NCBI GenBank assembly: GCA_965223845.1 | Contig: CBDCXR010000004.1 | Span: forward strand, 2,080,001-2,144,000 | Direction: 5' to 3' | Length of the DNA: 64,000 bases | Source: Planctomycetota bacterium | Lineage (GTDB): Bacteria; Planctomycetota; UBA8108; SXIK01 | Shown here: positions 35,875 through 49,471 of the stretch, piece by piece | Numbering within the stretch: position 1 is the stretch's first letter | Layout: every line of letters starts with the position of its first letter | Notes under the pieces: generated by a model | Seen by the model: only the letters and a program-made list of their open reading frames with translations | Database searches by the model: none | What the model was told of the DNA's origin: nothing | Position numbers and translations under genes: made by a program

Positions 35875-37989
35875 TCAACCCAGAGCTTCGAGCACCTTTC
35901 GCGGCGTGATGGGAATCGACGACACTCGGACTCCGATCGCGTTGCACACCGCGTTCGCGATGGCGGAGGCCGTCGGAATCGTAGGCGGTTCACCGATCCC
36001 GATCACCCCGCGCTCGGGGTAATCGAGGAGGTGGACATCGATGTCGCCGAGATCCGAATGCCCGGCGAGCTTGTACCACTCCATGTCGGCGTTGAGTTGA
36101 CGTCCCGTGTCGAGATCGAGTCGACGGTCTTCGAAGAGACCGTAGTTGATCCCCATGACGACACCGCCGATAACCTGGCTCTCGCAGAGGAGTCGATTCA
36201 TGACGAGGCCGCAGTCCGCGACCGCGACGAGACGCTCGAGGCGCACTTCGCCCGTCCCGACGTCGACGGCGACCTCGGCGAACTGAGCCCCTCCCACGCC
36301 TTGGCTCGACATGCCGCGCCCTTCGCGTCGATCGCCGCTCTCCGTCAGCGGATCGAGCCCGAGGTGGGCGCAAGCCTGCGCCCAGGTGAGCGACTTGGCC
36401 GGCGCACTCTTCGAGCGCACGCGGCCGCCGTCCGCAACGAGGTCGTCGGCGGCGACGCCGAGCGCCGGCGCGACGACTCCGAAGAGCTTCGTGCGGGCCT
36501 TCTCCGCCGCTACCGCGACCGCCAGGCTCACGCCGCCGCATGTCGTGCTCCCGCCGCTTCCCCCCGCAGCGGGGTACGCGGAGCTTCCGACGAAGCCGGT
36601 GATCTGCGATGGCTGGAGCCCGAGGATCTCCGCGGCGACCATCGGGACGAGAGTCGTCGTGCCGACGCCGATGTCCTGCGAGCCGCAGCGGAGCTCGACC
36701 TGTCCGGTCGGATAGATCGTGCAGCTCGCCTGCGCGCGTCCGGCGGAGCCGCCCCAGGTGCTGAGCGCACAACCGAGGCCGCGCTTGATCGGCCCGGACG
36801 TCGGATCGCCGCGTCCGTGACGCTTGGCGAACCAACCGATCTTCTCGGCGCCGAGCTGAAGCTCTCGCTCGTAGATCGGCTTGAGCGTTCGCATGCGGGC
36901 GTTGTGATCCGGCAGATTCTTCAACCGAAACTCGACCGGATCGACTCCGATCTTGTCCGCCAGGTCATCCATCACTTGCTCAGTGATGAGAGAACCCTGC
37001 GGGTGCCCAGGCGCTCGCATCGCGCGGCGATCGCCGGCATTCACCTTCACGTCCTTGTGCGCGCGGCGTTTCGATTTCGGCTCATAGATATAAGGAAGAG
37101 GAAAGCCGGCGCCGCCGGAGTGCCCGCCTGTTCCCCAACTGTCGGCATCGAATGCGATCAGCTTGCCGTCGGCATCGACCCCCGCCTTCACGCGAGCGTA
37201 GGCCGACGGTCGATTGCCGCCCGCGACGTGCTCTTCGTCGCGATCGAGCATCAACTTGACCGGCCGTCCGGCCTTCTTCGCGAGCTGAGCCGCGACGATC
37301 CCTTGGACGTCGGGTCCGAATTTGCTCCCGAAGCCGCCTCCCATGAAGGGCGCGTTGCAAGTCACCTTGAGATTGGGGATGTCCTTGAACGCCGAACGGA
37401 GGCCGTTCGCCGTTCCGCCGACGGCCTGGGTCGAGGCGTAGACGACGAGCTCGTCGGATGAGATCCAGTGCGCAACGAGACCGTGCGTCTCGAGACACAC
37501 GTGGGTGACGACGGGTGCGCCGTAAAATCCTTCGACCGTCGTCGCCGCGGACTCGAGAGCGGCCGCGACATCGCCCGCCTCCTCGGTCTCGCCTTCGCGT
37601 ACGCCTTCGCCGCCACCCTCGAGTCCCTGCGCCTCCGACGATACGTGCGGAAGAACGTCGAACTCGGCGCGCACGGCGCGGAGAGCGTCGCGTGCGACCT
37701 CCTCGGTCTCCGCGGCGATCGCGACGATCTCGTCACCGGCGTAGTGGAGCTCGCCGCCGGTGTCCTTGATGACGTGCGTCGCGCGCACGCCCGGCATCGC
37801 TTCGACCGCCGAAAGGTCCATGCTCTTCAGCCGCGCGTGGGCGTGCGGCGAGCGGTAAATCTTCGCGTGCAGCATCCCGGGAAGGTTGCGGTCGTACGAG
37901 TATTTCGCCCGACCGCTCACCTTGAGCGGACCGTCCATGCGGCGCACGCTCGACCCGATGACCTTGCGTTCAGTTGGCCAAGCTGGCAT
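35875..37989 (-). CDS. Xanthine dehydrogenase-family molybdopterin subunit (PaoC/YagR-like)
   Basis: RMDGPLKVSGRAKY, GGGFGSK, MRAPG, QDIGVG, GGSGGS, GIGEPP...AIANAV. Confidence 0.92.
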   Translation of the reverse strand: MPAWPTERKVIGSSVRRMDGPLKVSGRAKYSYDRNLPGMLHAKIYRSPHAHARLKSMDLSAVEAMPGVRATHVIKDTGGELHYAGDEIVAIAAETEEVARDALRAVRAEFDVLPHVSSEAQGLEGGGEGVREGETEEAGDVAAALESAATTVEGFYGAPVVTHVCLETHGLVAHWISSDELVVYASTQAVGGTANGLRSAFKDIPNLKVTCNAPFMGGGFGSKFGPDVQGIVAAQLAKKAGRPVKLMLDRDEEHVAGGNRPSAYARVKAGVDADGKLIAFDADSWGTGGHSGGAGFPLPYIYEPKSKRRAHKDVKVNAGDRRAMRAPGHPQGSLITEQVMDDLADKIGVDPVEFRLKNLPDHNARMRTLKPIYERELQLGAEKIGWFAKRHGRGDPTSGPIKRGLGCALSTWGGSAGRAQASCTIYPTGQVELRCGSQDIGVGTTTLVPMVAAEILGLQPSQITGFVGSSAYPAAGGSGGSTTCGGVSLAVAVAAEKARTKLFGVVAPALGVAADDLVADGGRVRSKSAPAKSLTWAQACAHLGLDPLTESGDRREGRGMSSQGVGGAQFAEVAVDVGTGEVRLERLVAVADCGLVMNRLLCESQVIGGVVMGINYGLFEDRRLDLDTGRQLNADMEWYKLAGHSDLGDIDVHLLDYPERGVIGIGEPPTIPTASAIANAVCNAIGVRVSSIPITPRKVLEALG

Positions 37990-37994
37990 GGCGA

Positions 37995-38699
37995 TCACCT
38001 CCCTCCTCGCATCCGCGCGGCGGCATTCTCGACCGCCTTCGCCGCGTTCGGCTGAGTGCCGCACCGGCAGATGTTTCCGTCGAGACCGCGCCGGATCTCA
38101 TCCTTCGACGGACTCGAGTTCTCGCCGAGAAGGGCGACTGCAGCCATGACGAATCCGGGAGTGCAGAATCCGCACTGCGATCCATCGCACTCGACGAACT
38201 CCTCCTGCACCGGATGGAGTTTCGCTCCGTCCGAGAGACCTTCGACCGTGGTGATCTCGCGTCCCTGCGTCTCGATCGCGAGCACGCCGCAGGCGTAGAC
38301 GATCTCGCCGTCCAGCATCACGGTACACGCGCCGCACGACGAGCGATCGCAGACGCGTTTCGGCCCAGTGACGTCCGCGACTTCCTGCGTGTCGATTTGA
38401 ATGTGGTTACGGATCGCGTCGAGAAGCGTCACCCGTGGCTCGAGCCGCATGGACAGCGTTTCGCCGTTCACGCGGAGACGCACCGGAACCGCGTCGGGCC
38501 CCCAGTCGTCGGCTCCCGTGCGCACGGCGCCCGGCCCCTTCGCGGCGAGCGCGTCGGCCGCCGGCAAGCTGGCGGCGGTGGCGCCGATGCCGAGGGTCTG
38601 GAGAAACGATCGTCGGCTGACGCTCGACGATTCTTCACTCGGCGCGGCTTCCGACTCAAGATCGGGGTCTCGGCCGCGGCGGTCTCGAGATTGCTTCAT
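37995..38699 (-). CDS. Xanthine dehydrogenase-family 2Fe-2S subunit with Tat signal (PaoA/YagT-like)
   Basis: SRRSFL Tat motif; CDRSSCGACTV, QCGFCTPG, GNICRCG. Confidence 0.92.
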   Translation of the reverse strand: MKQSRDRRGRDPDLESEAAPSEESSSVSRRSFLQTLGIGATAASLPAADALAAKGPGAVRTGADDWGPDAVPVRLRVNGETLSMRLEPRVTLLDAIRNHIQIDTQEVADVTGPKRVCDRSSCGACTVMLDGEIVYACGVLAIETQGREITTVEGLSDGAKLHPVQEEFVECDGSQCGFCTPGFVMAAVALLGENSSPSKDEIRRGLDGNICRCGTQPNAAKAVENAAARMRGGR

Positions 38700-39058
38700 C
38701 GGCGCTCCTTTCCGCACTTCGACTCGCGAGCTCGACAGTCGGGGACGAGACTCCAATCGCGGACGACAGTGCGCGGACAGCAGATCGTCCAGACCGAGAC
38801 GGCGTCTCGGTCCGGCGTGCTCTGAATCAGTTTTCGCTCATTGGAACCGCCCGGACCCCGCTCCGTCGTCCGGCGACGCACTCGGCGCGACCCAGTCCTA
38901 ACTCACCATCTCCGGCAGCAACGAATCCCGCGCACCGGAGCTCGACCCAGCCCCAGAGATCGAGTGCCGTCCGTGTCGGGACGCGCCTCGAGGATCTCCG
39001 GAGGCGAGTTCGTTGTAACGGCGGGAGGGAGACCCCAACAAGGAGAAAGTGCCGCGGA

Positions 39059-39751
39059 TCAGCGCGCTGCGCGGTCGACGGCCTTCTCTCGAAGCTCGAC
39101 CTCGCCCTGGCAGCACGCGCAAGGTCCGGGATCGACGCCGCGGATCGCGCACACCTCGCACCAGTAATAGACGTCGTACCGAACTCCGTCGCGAATCCAG
39201 AGCCAGCCGCTCACCTCGAGGAGCTGCGAGCCGGGAAAAATGCGACCGGAGAGAACGAGCGAGTGCTTGCGAAAGCGCTCGTCGACGAAGAGCGCTTCGG
39301 AGTGCGGCGTACGCACGAGTGTGAAGTAGCGCGGCCCATTCTTCGCGTCGACGCGAAAACCGTAGAGGTGATCGTGCACCGGATCGACCGCGGCACCGAA
39401 TCGGGCTCTCAATTCTTCGGCGAGGCAGACGACTCGGCCGGTCTCGCGAAACGCGCGCGGAGTCTTCGCCGCATCCGTCGAAGTGCGCTGCGCATCGTCG
39501 TCGGTCGGGTGGCTCGGGCGATCCGATTCGCTCGGCGATGGCGCAGGGTCCGTGACGTCGATCGGCGCGCTCGCGCGCCCGAAGAACGCATCGCCGCTCG
39601 CGCTCGGCGCGGACATCGTTCCGCAAGCCGAGAGACCGAGAGCGAGGGCACTTAGCACCATCGCCGATCGCGCGAACGATCCGATGCAAACACGGCCCGA
39701 ACGCGCGAACCGTGCGGAGGACGTGATCTCGGTGGAGAAGAGAATCGTCAT
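39059..39751 (-). CDS. Hypothetical lipoprotein with C-terminal CxxC...CxCC metal-binding motif
   Basis: Lipobox LSAC; GRVVCL; YYWCEVC......PGPCACC. Start uncertain (39751 or 39661). Confidence 0.6.
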   Translation of the reverse strand: MTILFSTEITSSARFARSGRVCIGSFARSAMVLSALALGLSACGTMSAPSASGDAFFGRASAPIDVTDPAPSPSESDRPSHPTDDDAQRTSTDAAKTPRAFRETGRVVCLAEELRARFGAAVDPVHDHLYGFRVDAKNGPRYFTLVRTPHSEALFVDERFRKHSLVLSGRIFPGSQLLEVSGWLWIRDGVRYDVYYWCEVCAIRGVDPGPCACCQGEVELREKAVDRAAR

Positions 39752-39934
39752 CGCCTTCACGATAGGTGGTGGGTTTGAGTCCGTCAACGCCGGGCGATCG
39801 GCGGCTCCTTTCCCTCGAGAGGGACTCGAGTGCGGGCCGGAGGCATGAGCTCGAATCACTCTCCGGTCGTGCGTCGACCGCACCGACCAGGGTACACTCG
39901 AGATCTCACTCCCCACTCGGCTGAATGCCCATCG

Positions 39935-41077
39935 ATGGACAACGTCTACCGCACCGCTCATGAGCTAGCGGCGGCCCGCACGCCCTTCGCCCTTGCGACA
40001 GTCGTCTACACCCGCGGCTCGACGCCGCAGAAGCCGGGGGCGAAGCTCATCGTCGAGGCCGACGGCTCCGCCATCGGGACGCTCGGCGGCGGCTGCGTCG
40101 AGGCGGACGTTCGCACGGAAGCGCGAAAGATGCTCGCCGAGGCCCGCGGCGCCGAAGTGCGTCGATTTCGTCTCACCGAGGACATCGCCTACCGCGACGG
40201 ACTCGTCTGCGGCGGCAACATGGAGATCCTCATCGATCCGGTGCACGAGCCGGCGGACGTCGTGCACCTCCTCGAGGAGATCGTCTCGGCGCTCGAGGGA
40301 GGCGGTGATCGTGCGATCGCGTTCGCGTACGCGGCGGGCGAGAGCGACAACTCGCGAGACCGCACGAGCGACGATTCTTGCGCCAAGTCGTTCATTCGCC
40401 CCGACGGAGAGAGCACCGGCTCGCTCGAGCCCCCGAAACTCGACGACGAAATCCGCACACGCGCTCGCGCGCTCATGCCGCGCGGGGGAATCGAGAGCGT
40501 CCGAACCGACGACGGACGTCGCGTGTACGTCGAGACGTTTACGACTCCAGCGACGATCGTCATCGCCGGTGGGGGGCACGTGGGGAAGGCGATCTACACC
40601 TTCGCGACGCTCCTCGGATTCCAGACGATCGTGATCGACGATCGCGAATCATTCGCCAGCGCGACGCGTTTCCCAGAGGCCCGCGTGATCCACGACGACT
40701 TCGTCGCCGCGATTCGCGGACTCAGCCTCGGACCGAATCACGCGGTGATCGTCGCCACCCGTGGACACAAGCTCGACGACGTCACTCTTCTCGAGGCCGC
40801 GCGTTCCGGTGCGGGTTACGTCGGTCTGCTCGGCAGTCGACGAAAGGCGATGATGATCCTCCGAGACCTCCACCTGGCCGGCATCCCCGACGAGCGCCTC
40901 CGCGACATCCGTGCGCCGGTCGGACTCGATCTCGGCGGTCGGCGTCCAGACGAGATCGCACTCAGCATCGTCTCCGAAATCGTCGCGCTGCGAAACGCGC
41001 GCACCGGCGGAACGATGAGCATGGTCGACGATGAGATCCTCGCAAAGGTGAAATCTCTCGCCGAACGGGCACCGTGA
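39935..41077 (+). CDS. xdhC: XdhC/CoxI family molybdoenzyme maturation factor
   Basis: LATVV..RGSTPQKPGAK, GTLGGGCVE, GLVCGG, GGGHVG, TRGH..D, YVGLLGS, PVGLDLG..PDEIALSI. Confidence 0.9.
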   Translation: MDNVYRTAHELAAARTPFALATVVYTRGSTPQKPGAKLIVEADGSAIGTLGGGCVEADVRTEARKMLAEARGAEVRRFRLTEDIAYRDGLVCGGNMEILIDPVHEPADVVHLLEEIVSALEGGGDRAIAFAYAAGESDNSRDRTSDDSCAKSFIRPDGESTGSLEPPKLDDEIRTRARALMPRGGIESVRTDDGRRVYVETFTTPATIVIAGGGHVGKAIYTFATLLGFQTIVIDDRESFASATRFPEARVIHDDFVAAIRGLSLGPNHAVIVATRGHKLDDVTLLEAARSGAGYVGLLGSRRKAMMILRDLHLAGIPDERLRDIRAPVGLDLGGRRPDEIALSIVSEIVALRNARTGGTMSMVDDEILAKVKSLAERAP

Positions 41078-41703
41078 GCGATCGTCGAGTGGCGGCGATT
41101 CTTCTCGCCGCCGGGGAGTCCTCGCGCATGGGGCAGCCGAAAGCGCTTCTCGAGTGGGAGGGCGTCCCGCTCATCGAGTATCAGATTCGACAGCTCGCCG
41201 GCGTTCCCGTGTCGTCGCAGGCGGTTGTTCTCGGGCACGAGGCGGACAGGCTCCGGTCCGTCGCCGAGCGTGCGCTCGGCGACGCTCCCGGAGTGATCGT
41301 CGAGAACGCGTCCTACCGCGACGGGAAAACGACCTCCATCATCGCGGGCCTCCGCGCTCTCGAGCTAGCGGGCGAGTCCGTTCTCATCCTCGCCGTCGAC
41401 GAGCCGCGCTCGGATACGTTCCTCCGGCGGCTCGTCGCTGCGCATCGGAGCGCGAGCCGCTCGATCACCGTCCCTTCGGTCGGCGAACGGCGCTGTCACC
41501 CCCCGGTCTTCTCGAGCGAACATCTGGAAGAGCTCTTCGCGATCGAAGAGCGAAGCTACGGCATTCGCGCAGTTCTAGAGCGCCACGCGGCCGCCATCGA
41601 CACGATCGAATTCGGCGCCGCGAACGTCCCCAGCTTCAATACTCCCGCGGAGTACGTGCGAGCGCGCGGCGGGGATTCTCCGAGAAGGAACCCGGACGAG
41701 TGA
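41074..41703 (+). CDS. mocA: Molybdenum cofactor cytidylyltransferase (MocA-like)
   Basis: ILLAAGESSRMGQPKALL, N..Y.DG...S...GL, AVDEP, HPPVF; overlaps the xdhC stop. Confidence 0.8.
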   Translation: MSDRRVAAILLAAGESSRMGQPKALLEWEGVPLIEYQIRQLAGVPVSSQAVVLGHEADRLRSVAERALGDAPGVIVENASYRDGKTTSIIAGLRALELAGESVLILAVDEPRSDTFLRRLVAAHRSASRSITVPSVGERRCHPPVFSSEHLEELFAIEERSYGIRAVLERHAAAIDTIEFGAANVPSFNTPAEYVRARGGDSPRRNPDE

Positions 41704-41731
41704 GCGGGAAATACGAACCGTTCGTCGCGAT

Positions 41732-44104
<2,373 letters not shown>

Positions 44105-44329
44105 GGGCGAGCGGTGCGCGTACAAGAGTCGAGGACGAAACGGAGCTCGCCGGCGCCGGCGGTCAACTCGCGAACTCGATCGCTCAAGATACTCGAGCCC
44201 ATCGCAACGGAACAGAGAGCGCCCCGTCGACAGCCCAGGTCGGGGTAGAGATACCTTGCGGAGTCCGGGACAATAGCTTCCGGGATTGCCGTGTCCGGTC
44301 GATCCCGCATCGTGAAAGGAGTCCGAGCC

Positions 44330-47284
44330 GTGTTTCGACGTCCGATCGTCGCCGTCGCCTTCATCGTCGCGATCTCCGGATCGGCCGACGGCGGCGATCG
44401 CGAGCACTGGTCGTTCGCCTCGCTGTCGAAGTCCGCGCCTCCGGTGAGCCGTGACTCGTGGGGGCGGTCTCCGATCGACGCCTGGATCCTCCAGCGGCTC
44501 CGGGAAGCGAAGCTCGCCCCTTCGCGCGAAGCCGATCGATCGACACTCATCCGGCGCGTTCACTTCGTCGTGCTCGGACTCCAGCCGCCGCCCGACGTCA
44601 TCGCTCGATTCGTAAGCGATCCGCGGGCCGACGCCTACGACAAGATGGTCGATCGAGTGCTCGCGAGCCCGCGATTCGGGGAACGCTGGGCGCGGCACTG
44701 GCTCGACGTCGTCCGCTTCGGCGAAACTCACGGATTCGAGACGAATCGTGAACGTCCACACGCATGGCGGTATCGCGATTACGTGATCGACTCGCTCAAC
44801 GAGGACAAGCCGTACGCCCAGTTCGTGCGCGAGCAGATCGCAGGCGATACCCTCGGCGCTCCCGTCGCCACGGGGTTTCTCGTCGCCGGTCCCTACGACC
44901 TCGTGAAGAGTCCCGATCCGAAGCTCACGCTGAATCAACGCCAAGAAGAGTTGGCCGATATCGTCGGCACGACCGGGACGACGTTTCTCGGACTCACGCT
45001 CAGTTGCGCGCGCTGTCACGATCACAAGTTCGACCCGATCACCCAGACGGACTACTACGCGATCCAGGCCGTCTTCGCGGGAGTGGAGCACGGCGACAGC
45101 GAGCTCCCTCCGGTCGACGAGAGTGCCGCCGGCATCGCGCGGCGGAGTGCACGCGCACTCGAGCTCCACCGCACGCTCGCCCGATTTCTCGCACCGGGAG
45201 GTCGGAGCTCGATTTCGATCGACGACACGCCGTCGCCACCCGTGCCCGCGTTCACGTCGCTCCGGCCCGGCGCGATTCGCGCGCAGGTCCGCGAAGGGAC
45301 GGAGCGCGGGGCGAAGAGCGACCCCGGAAGCGAAACGCGACCGCCCAACCTAAACGGGGGAGCGTACACGTGGTGGAGGAACGTAGCCGGACAGGACTTC
45401 GCGGTCTACCACATGGCGGCGAGCGGGTCGCATCGACTCCAACTCTCTTGGGGCTGCGGGCGATCCACGCACTCGCCGAACGCCGAGTATCTTCTCGATC
45501 GCGACGGCGACCTCGATTCACGCGAGGATCAAACGCTTCTCGTCACGGTCGACCAACGCGCGTTCGCGACCGGAGAGCGACCGGATCGCGAGGGTGCCTA
45601 CTGGAGCGGCTTCTACGACGCAGGCGTTCACAAACTCCGACCGGAAACGACCCTCGTCGTCCGCGGCGGATCGGATGGGGACGTCATCACGACCGATGTC
45701 GTGTCGATCGAACGCGTCGGCGCCCGAGACGAAGAGCTCGAGCACGCGCCGGTGACGGCGCGCTACAACGAAGAGTCGTTTCCGCCCGCTCGAGCGCTGT
45801 TCGTCCGGTTTACGATTCTCGCGACGAACTCGGGCGAACCCTGCGTCGACGAGTTCGAAGTTTGGTCGGAAGGAACAAACATCGCCCTTGAGAGCGCCGG
45901 TACGAAAGCGCGCTCTTCGAGTACTCTCCCCGGACACGCGATCCATCGGCTGGAACACATCCACGACGGGCGCTACGGCAACGGACGGAGCTGGATTTCG
46001 AACGAACCCGGCCGGGGATGGATCGAGCTCGAGCTCGCAAAACCGCGGTCGATCGACCGCATCGTCTGGGCGCGCGATCGAGAGGGTCGCTTCGCCGATC
46101 GCGTCCCGACGCGCTACCGCATCGAGGTGTCGCTCGATCGAGAACGGTGGACGACAGTGGCGAGCTCGACGGAGCGGGCGCCGTTCGGCGAGCCCAACAC
46201 TCCGCAGTATCGATTCGTCGGCGACGCGGCAGACGACGGTGAGCGAGCGCTAGCGGAGCTCCGCAGCTTTGCGGCGGAACTAGGGGACTCCGCCGAGACG
46301 AGAAAAGCGTACGCCGGAACGTTTCGGCAACCCGACCCCGTCCACCGTCTCCACCGGGGAGATCCATTCGCGAAGCGTGAACGTGTCGCGCCGAACACCG
46401 TCGCGCGGCTCGGGAAGCTCGACCTCTCGGAATCGGCGAGCGAGCAGACGCGGCGGCGAATGTTCGCCGAGTGGATCGCGCGCGACGACCACCCGCTCAC
46501 GGCGCGGGTGATCGCGAATCGCATTTGGCAGCACTACTTCGGCACGGGGCTCGTCGACACTCCGAGCGATTTCGGACTCATGGGCACGACGCCGACGCAT
46601 CCCGAGCTCCTCGACTGGCTCGCGCGGGAGCTCGTCGGGTCGGGCTGGTCGCTCAAGCATCTCCATCGACAGATTCTTCTCTCGAGCACGTTCCGGCAGT
46701 CCAGTCGGCCGCGCGAAGACGGAGCGGCGGTCGATGCCGGCGCTCGGCTCCTCTGGCGATTTCCACCGCGTCGACTCGAAGCGGAGTCGATCCGCGATCG
46801 CATCCTCGAGGCGAGCGGAGCGCTCGATCTTCGTATGGGCGGACCGGGATTCAGCGGTTTCGAAGTCCAGCTCGAAAACGTTCGGCACTACTTCCCGAAG
46901 ACGACCTTCGGCCCCGAGGATCGACGCCGGATGATCTACATGACGAAGGTTCGTCAAGAGCAAGACTCCGTCTTCGGCGCCTTCGATTGTCCGGACGCGA
47001 GCCAGACCGCGCCGCGGCGCAGTCGTTCGACGACTGCGATTCAGGCGCTCAACCTCTTCAACAGCGAGTTCGTTACGGTGCACGCGAAGCTCTTCGCCGA
47101 ACGCTTGATCCGCGAGGCGGGAGATGACCCGAGAGCGCTCACGAATCGCGCCTATCGTTTGGCCTTCGGTCGTGTGCCGACAGCAGCGGAAGCGGAAGAC
47201 GCCTCGAACCTCGTCCGCGAGTACGGCGCCGCCGCGCTCACGCGCGCGCTGTTCAACACGAACGAATTCATTTTGGTTCCGTGA
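44330..47284 (+). CDS. DUF1549/DUF1553 (PSD1) protein with inserted golvesin-like and discoidin-like domains
   Basis: [77 protein letters not shown] 44330 follows AAGGAG. Confidence 0.88.
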   Translation: MFRRPIVAVAFIVAISGSADGGDREHWSFASLSKSAPPVSRDSWGRSPIDAWILQRLREAKLAPSREADRSTLIRRVHFVVLGLQPPPDVIARFVSDPRADAYDKMVDRVLASPRFGERWARHWLDVVRFGETHGFETNRERPHAWRYRDYVIDSLNEDKPYAQFVREQIAGDTLGAPVATGFLVAGPYDLVKSPDPKLTLNQRQEELADIVGTTGTTFLGLTLSCARCHDHKFDPITQTDYYAIQAVFAGVEHGDSELPPVDESAAGIARRSARALELHRTLARFLAPGGRSSISIDDTPSPPVPAFTSLRPGAIRAQVREGTERGAKSDPGSETRPPNLNGGAYTWWRNVAGQDFAVYHMAASGSHRLQLSWGCGRSTHSPNAEYLLDRDGDLDSREDQTLLVTVDQRAFATGERPDREGAYWSGFYDAGVHKLRPETTLVVRGGSDGDVITTDVVSIERVGARDEELEHAPVTARYNEESFPPARALFVRFTILATNSGEPCVDEFEVWSEGTNIALESAGTKARSSSTLPGHAIHRLEHIHDGRYGNGRSWISNEPGRGWIELELAKPRSIDRIVWARDREGRFADRVPTRYRIEVSLDRERWTTVASSTERAPFGEPNTPQYRFVGDAADDGERALAELRSFAAELGDSAETRKAYAGTFRQPDPVHRLHRGDPFAKRERVAPNTVARLGKLDLSESASEQTRRRMFAEWIARDDHPLTARVIANRIWQHYFGTGLVDTPSDFGLMGTTPTHPELLDWLARELVGSGWSLKHLHRQILLSSTFRQSSRPREDGAAVDAGARLLWRFPPRRLEAESIRDRILEASGALDLRMGGPGFSGFEVQLENVRHYFPKTTFGPEDRRRMIYMTKVRQEQDSVFGAFDCPDASQTAPRRSRSTTAIQALNLFNSEFVTVHAKLFAERLIREAGDDPRALTNRAYRLAFGRVPTAAEAEDASNLVREYGAAALTRALFNTNEFILVP

Positions 47285-47294
47285 GGGAGAGCGG

Positions 47295-48797
47295 ATGAAC
47301 CCCGTCGACGCGCCGCCCCATCCTCTCCTCGACCGCCGTGGGTTCCTCGGCCGCTTCGGCACGGGTCTCGGTGGCGTCGGACTCACGCATCTCCTCGGCG
47401 CTCAGGGTCTCCTTGCAAGCGAGAGTGGGGAACGCGAACCCGCGAACGACGGACCGATCCGTCCGCGTCTCGACCCCGCTCGCCCACAGGCCCCGCGCGA
47501 TGCGCACTTCGCTCCGGCGGCGCGTCGCGTCATCGTGATCTTCTGCTCCGGAGCGTGCAGCCACCTCGATACGTTCGACTACAAGCCGGAGCTCGTCCGT
47601 CGGCACGGTCAGCCGCTGCCGGGCGGGAAGCTCATCACGTTTCAGGGCGAGCAGGGCAACCTGACGAAGAGCCCGTGGGAATTTCGGCCCTACGGCGAAT
47701 CGGGAAAGATGGTCTCCGACCTCGTCCCGCACCTCGGTGCGCTCGCCGACGACATGTGCTTCGTGCACTCGCTCACGAGCAAGACGAACACGCACGGGCC
47801 CGGCGAGAACTTCATGTCGACGGGATTTACGCTCGACGGATTCCCGAGCATCGGCGCGTGGATAACGTACGCCCTCGGGAGCGAGAGCGAGAATCTCCCG
47901 TCGTTCGTCGCGATTCCCGATCCGCGAGGGACCCCGCAGTCGAGTGTGAACAATTGGGGGCCCGGGTTTCTTCCGGCCGCGTTTCAGGGGACGGACTTCA
48001 ACGCCGCGAAGCCACTGCGAAACCTAGCTCGACCGCCGGCGGTCTCTCCCGAAGCGGACGCTGCGACGCGTCGATTTCTCGCGCGCCAGAACGCGCGTCA
48101 CCTCAAACGATTTCCCGGCGACACTCAGCTCGCCGCGAGGATCTCGAGCTACGAGCTCGCAGCGAAGATGCAGCTCAGCGTGCCGGAAGTCAGCGACATC
48201 TCTTCGGAGCCGGCGCACATCCTTCGTCTCTACGGCGCCGACGACACGCAGAACAAACTTAAGTCCGCGTTCGCTCGCAACTGCATCCTCGCGCGGCGCC
48301 TGGTCGAAAAGGGAGTTCGATTCGTTCAGCTCTTCAACGGCGCGTACCAAACGGGTGGGGAGGGAGTCAGCAACTGGGACGGTCACAAATACCTTCACAA
48401 GCAGTACAGCGTGCACGGGCCGGCGCTCGACCAGCCCGCCGCGGGCCTTCTCATCGATCTCAAGCAGCGCGGCCTTCTCGAAGACACCCTCGTCGTCTGG
48501 TGCACGGAGTTCGGCCGCATGCCGACGTTTCAAAAGGGCGCGAGTGGTCGCGATCACAATCCCTCGGGATTCACCGCGTGGCTCGCCGGAGCCGGCGTGA
48601 AGGCGCCGTTCTCATTCGGCGCCACCGACGAGTTCGGCCATCGTGCGGCGATCGACGTCTCGACCGTCTACGACTTCCACGCGACGATCCTCCATCTCCT
48701 CGGACTCGATCACGAACGGCTGACGTTTTACCACAACGGGATCGAACGACGGCTGACCGACGTCCACGGGCACGTTCTCACGCCGATCCTGAGCTGA
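47295..48797 (+). CDS. DUF1501 protein (Tat-like motif)
   Basis: [55 protein letters not shown]. Confidence 0.9.
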   Translation: MNPVDAPPHPLLDRRGFLGRFGTGLGGVGLTHLLGAQGLLASESGEREPANDGPIRPRLDPARPQAPRDAHFAPAARRVIVIFCSGACSHLDTFDYKPELVRRHGQPLPGGKLITFQGEQGNLTKSPWEFRPYGESGKMVSDLVPHLGALADDMCFVHSLTSKTNTHGPGENFMSTGFTLDGFPSIGAWITYALGSESENLPSFVAIPDPRGTPQSSVNNWGPGFLPAAFQGTDFNAAKPLRNLARPPAVSPEADAATRRFLARQNARHLKRFPGDTQLAARISSYELAAKMQLSVPEVSDISSEPAHILRLYGADDTQNKLKSAFARNCILARRLVEKGVRFVQLFNGAYQTGGEGVSNWDGHKYLHKQYSVHGPALDQPAAGLLIDLKQRGLLEDTLVVWCTEFGRMPTFQKGASGRDHNPSGFTAWLAGAGVKAPFSFGATDEFGHRAAIDVSTVYDFHATILHLLGLDHERLTFYHNGIERRLTDVHGHVLTPILS

Positions 48798-48830
48798 AGG
48801 CGACCCTGCCAGCCCCGCCCTCCTCCGAAA

Positions 48831-49196
48831 CTAGAGTCGATCGGGCTGAACGACCGTGCGATCGTTCTCGACGTTCCCCGTGTTGAGCGTCGTAGCAGGT
48901 TCGACCATCAGCACCTGAACCTCCTCCACCGCGACGGGCTTGTGCTCAACGCCGCGCGGAACGATGTAAAACTCGCCCTCCTCGAGGTGAACGACCTCGT
49001 CGCGGAAGTGAAGATCAAACTCGCCCTTGACGACGAGAAACATCTCGTCCTCGTCCGCGTGGTGGTGCCAGATGAACTCACCCTGAAACTTCACGAGCTT
49101 CACAAGCTGACCGTTCATCTCGCCCACGATCTTCGGCGACCAATGCTCGGAAAACAGCGCAAACTTCTCCGCAAGATTGACCTTAGCCGCCAGCAT
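48831..49196 (-). CDS. Cupin domain protein
   Basis: HWSPKIVGE, GEFIWHHH..EDEMF, VPRGVEHKP, NTGN. Confidence 0.9.
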   Translation of the reverse strand: MLAAKVNLAEKFALFSEHWSPKIVGEMNGQLVKLVKFQGEFIWHHHADEDEMFLVVKGEFDLHFRDEVVHLEEGEFYIVPRGVEHKPVAVEEVQVLMVEPATTLNTGNVENDRTVVQPDRL

Positions 49197-49328
49197 TCAC
49201 ACTCTCCATTCACACTCTCCATTCACACTCTCCATTCACACTCTCCATTCACACTCTCCATTCACACTCTCCATTCACACTCTCCATTCACACTCTCCAT
49301 TCACACTCTCCATTCACACTCTCCATTC
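49194..49328. repeat. 13-bp tandem repeat (CATTCACACTCTC) x10 plus a partial copy
   Basis: Ten perfect units counted from 49194 to 49323, then CATTC. The first unit contains the cupin start codon. Confidence 0.97.
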
Positions 49329-49471
49329 TCTTCCCTTCGTGTCCGTCGTGCCCTTCGTGGTCCACTTCCTCTTCCTTTCTCCCCGCTCTCCCGATCTCCC
49401 CGCTCTCGATCTCCTCCTTCGTCTTCCTTCGCGCACCTTCGCGCCCTTCGTGTAAATCTCCCCGCACCGAC

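Noticed and set aside
44105-45169. 355-aa N-terminal extension of the kinase in track ORF 41732..45169
   Set aside because: It overlaps the antisense of the PSD1 gene. The recognisable kinase N-terminal helix begins at ATG 44104.
49194-49328. CRISPR array
   Set aside because: Units are 13 bp, head-to-tail, with no spacers and no cas genes in the window.
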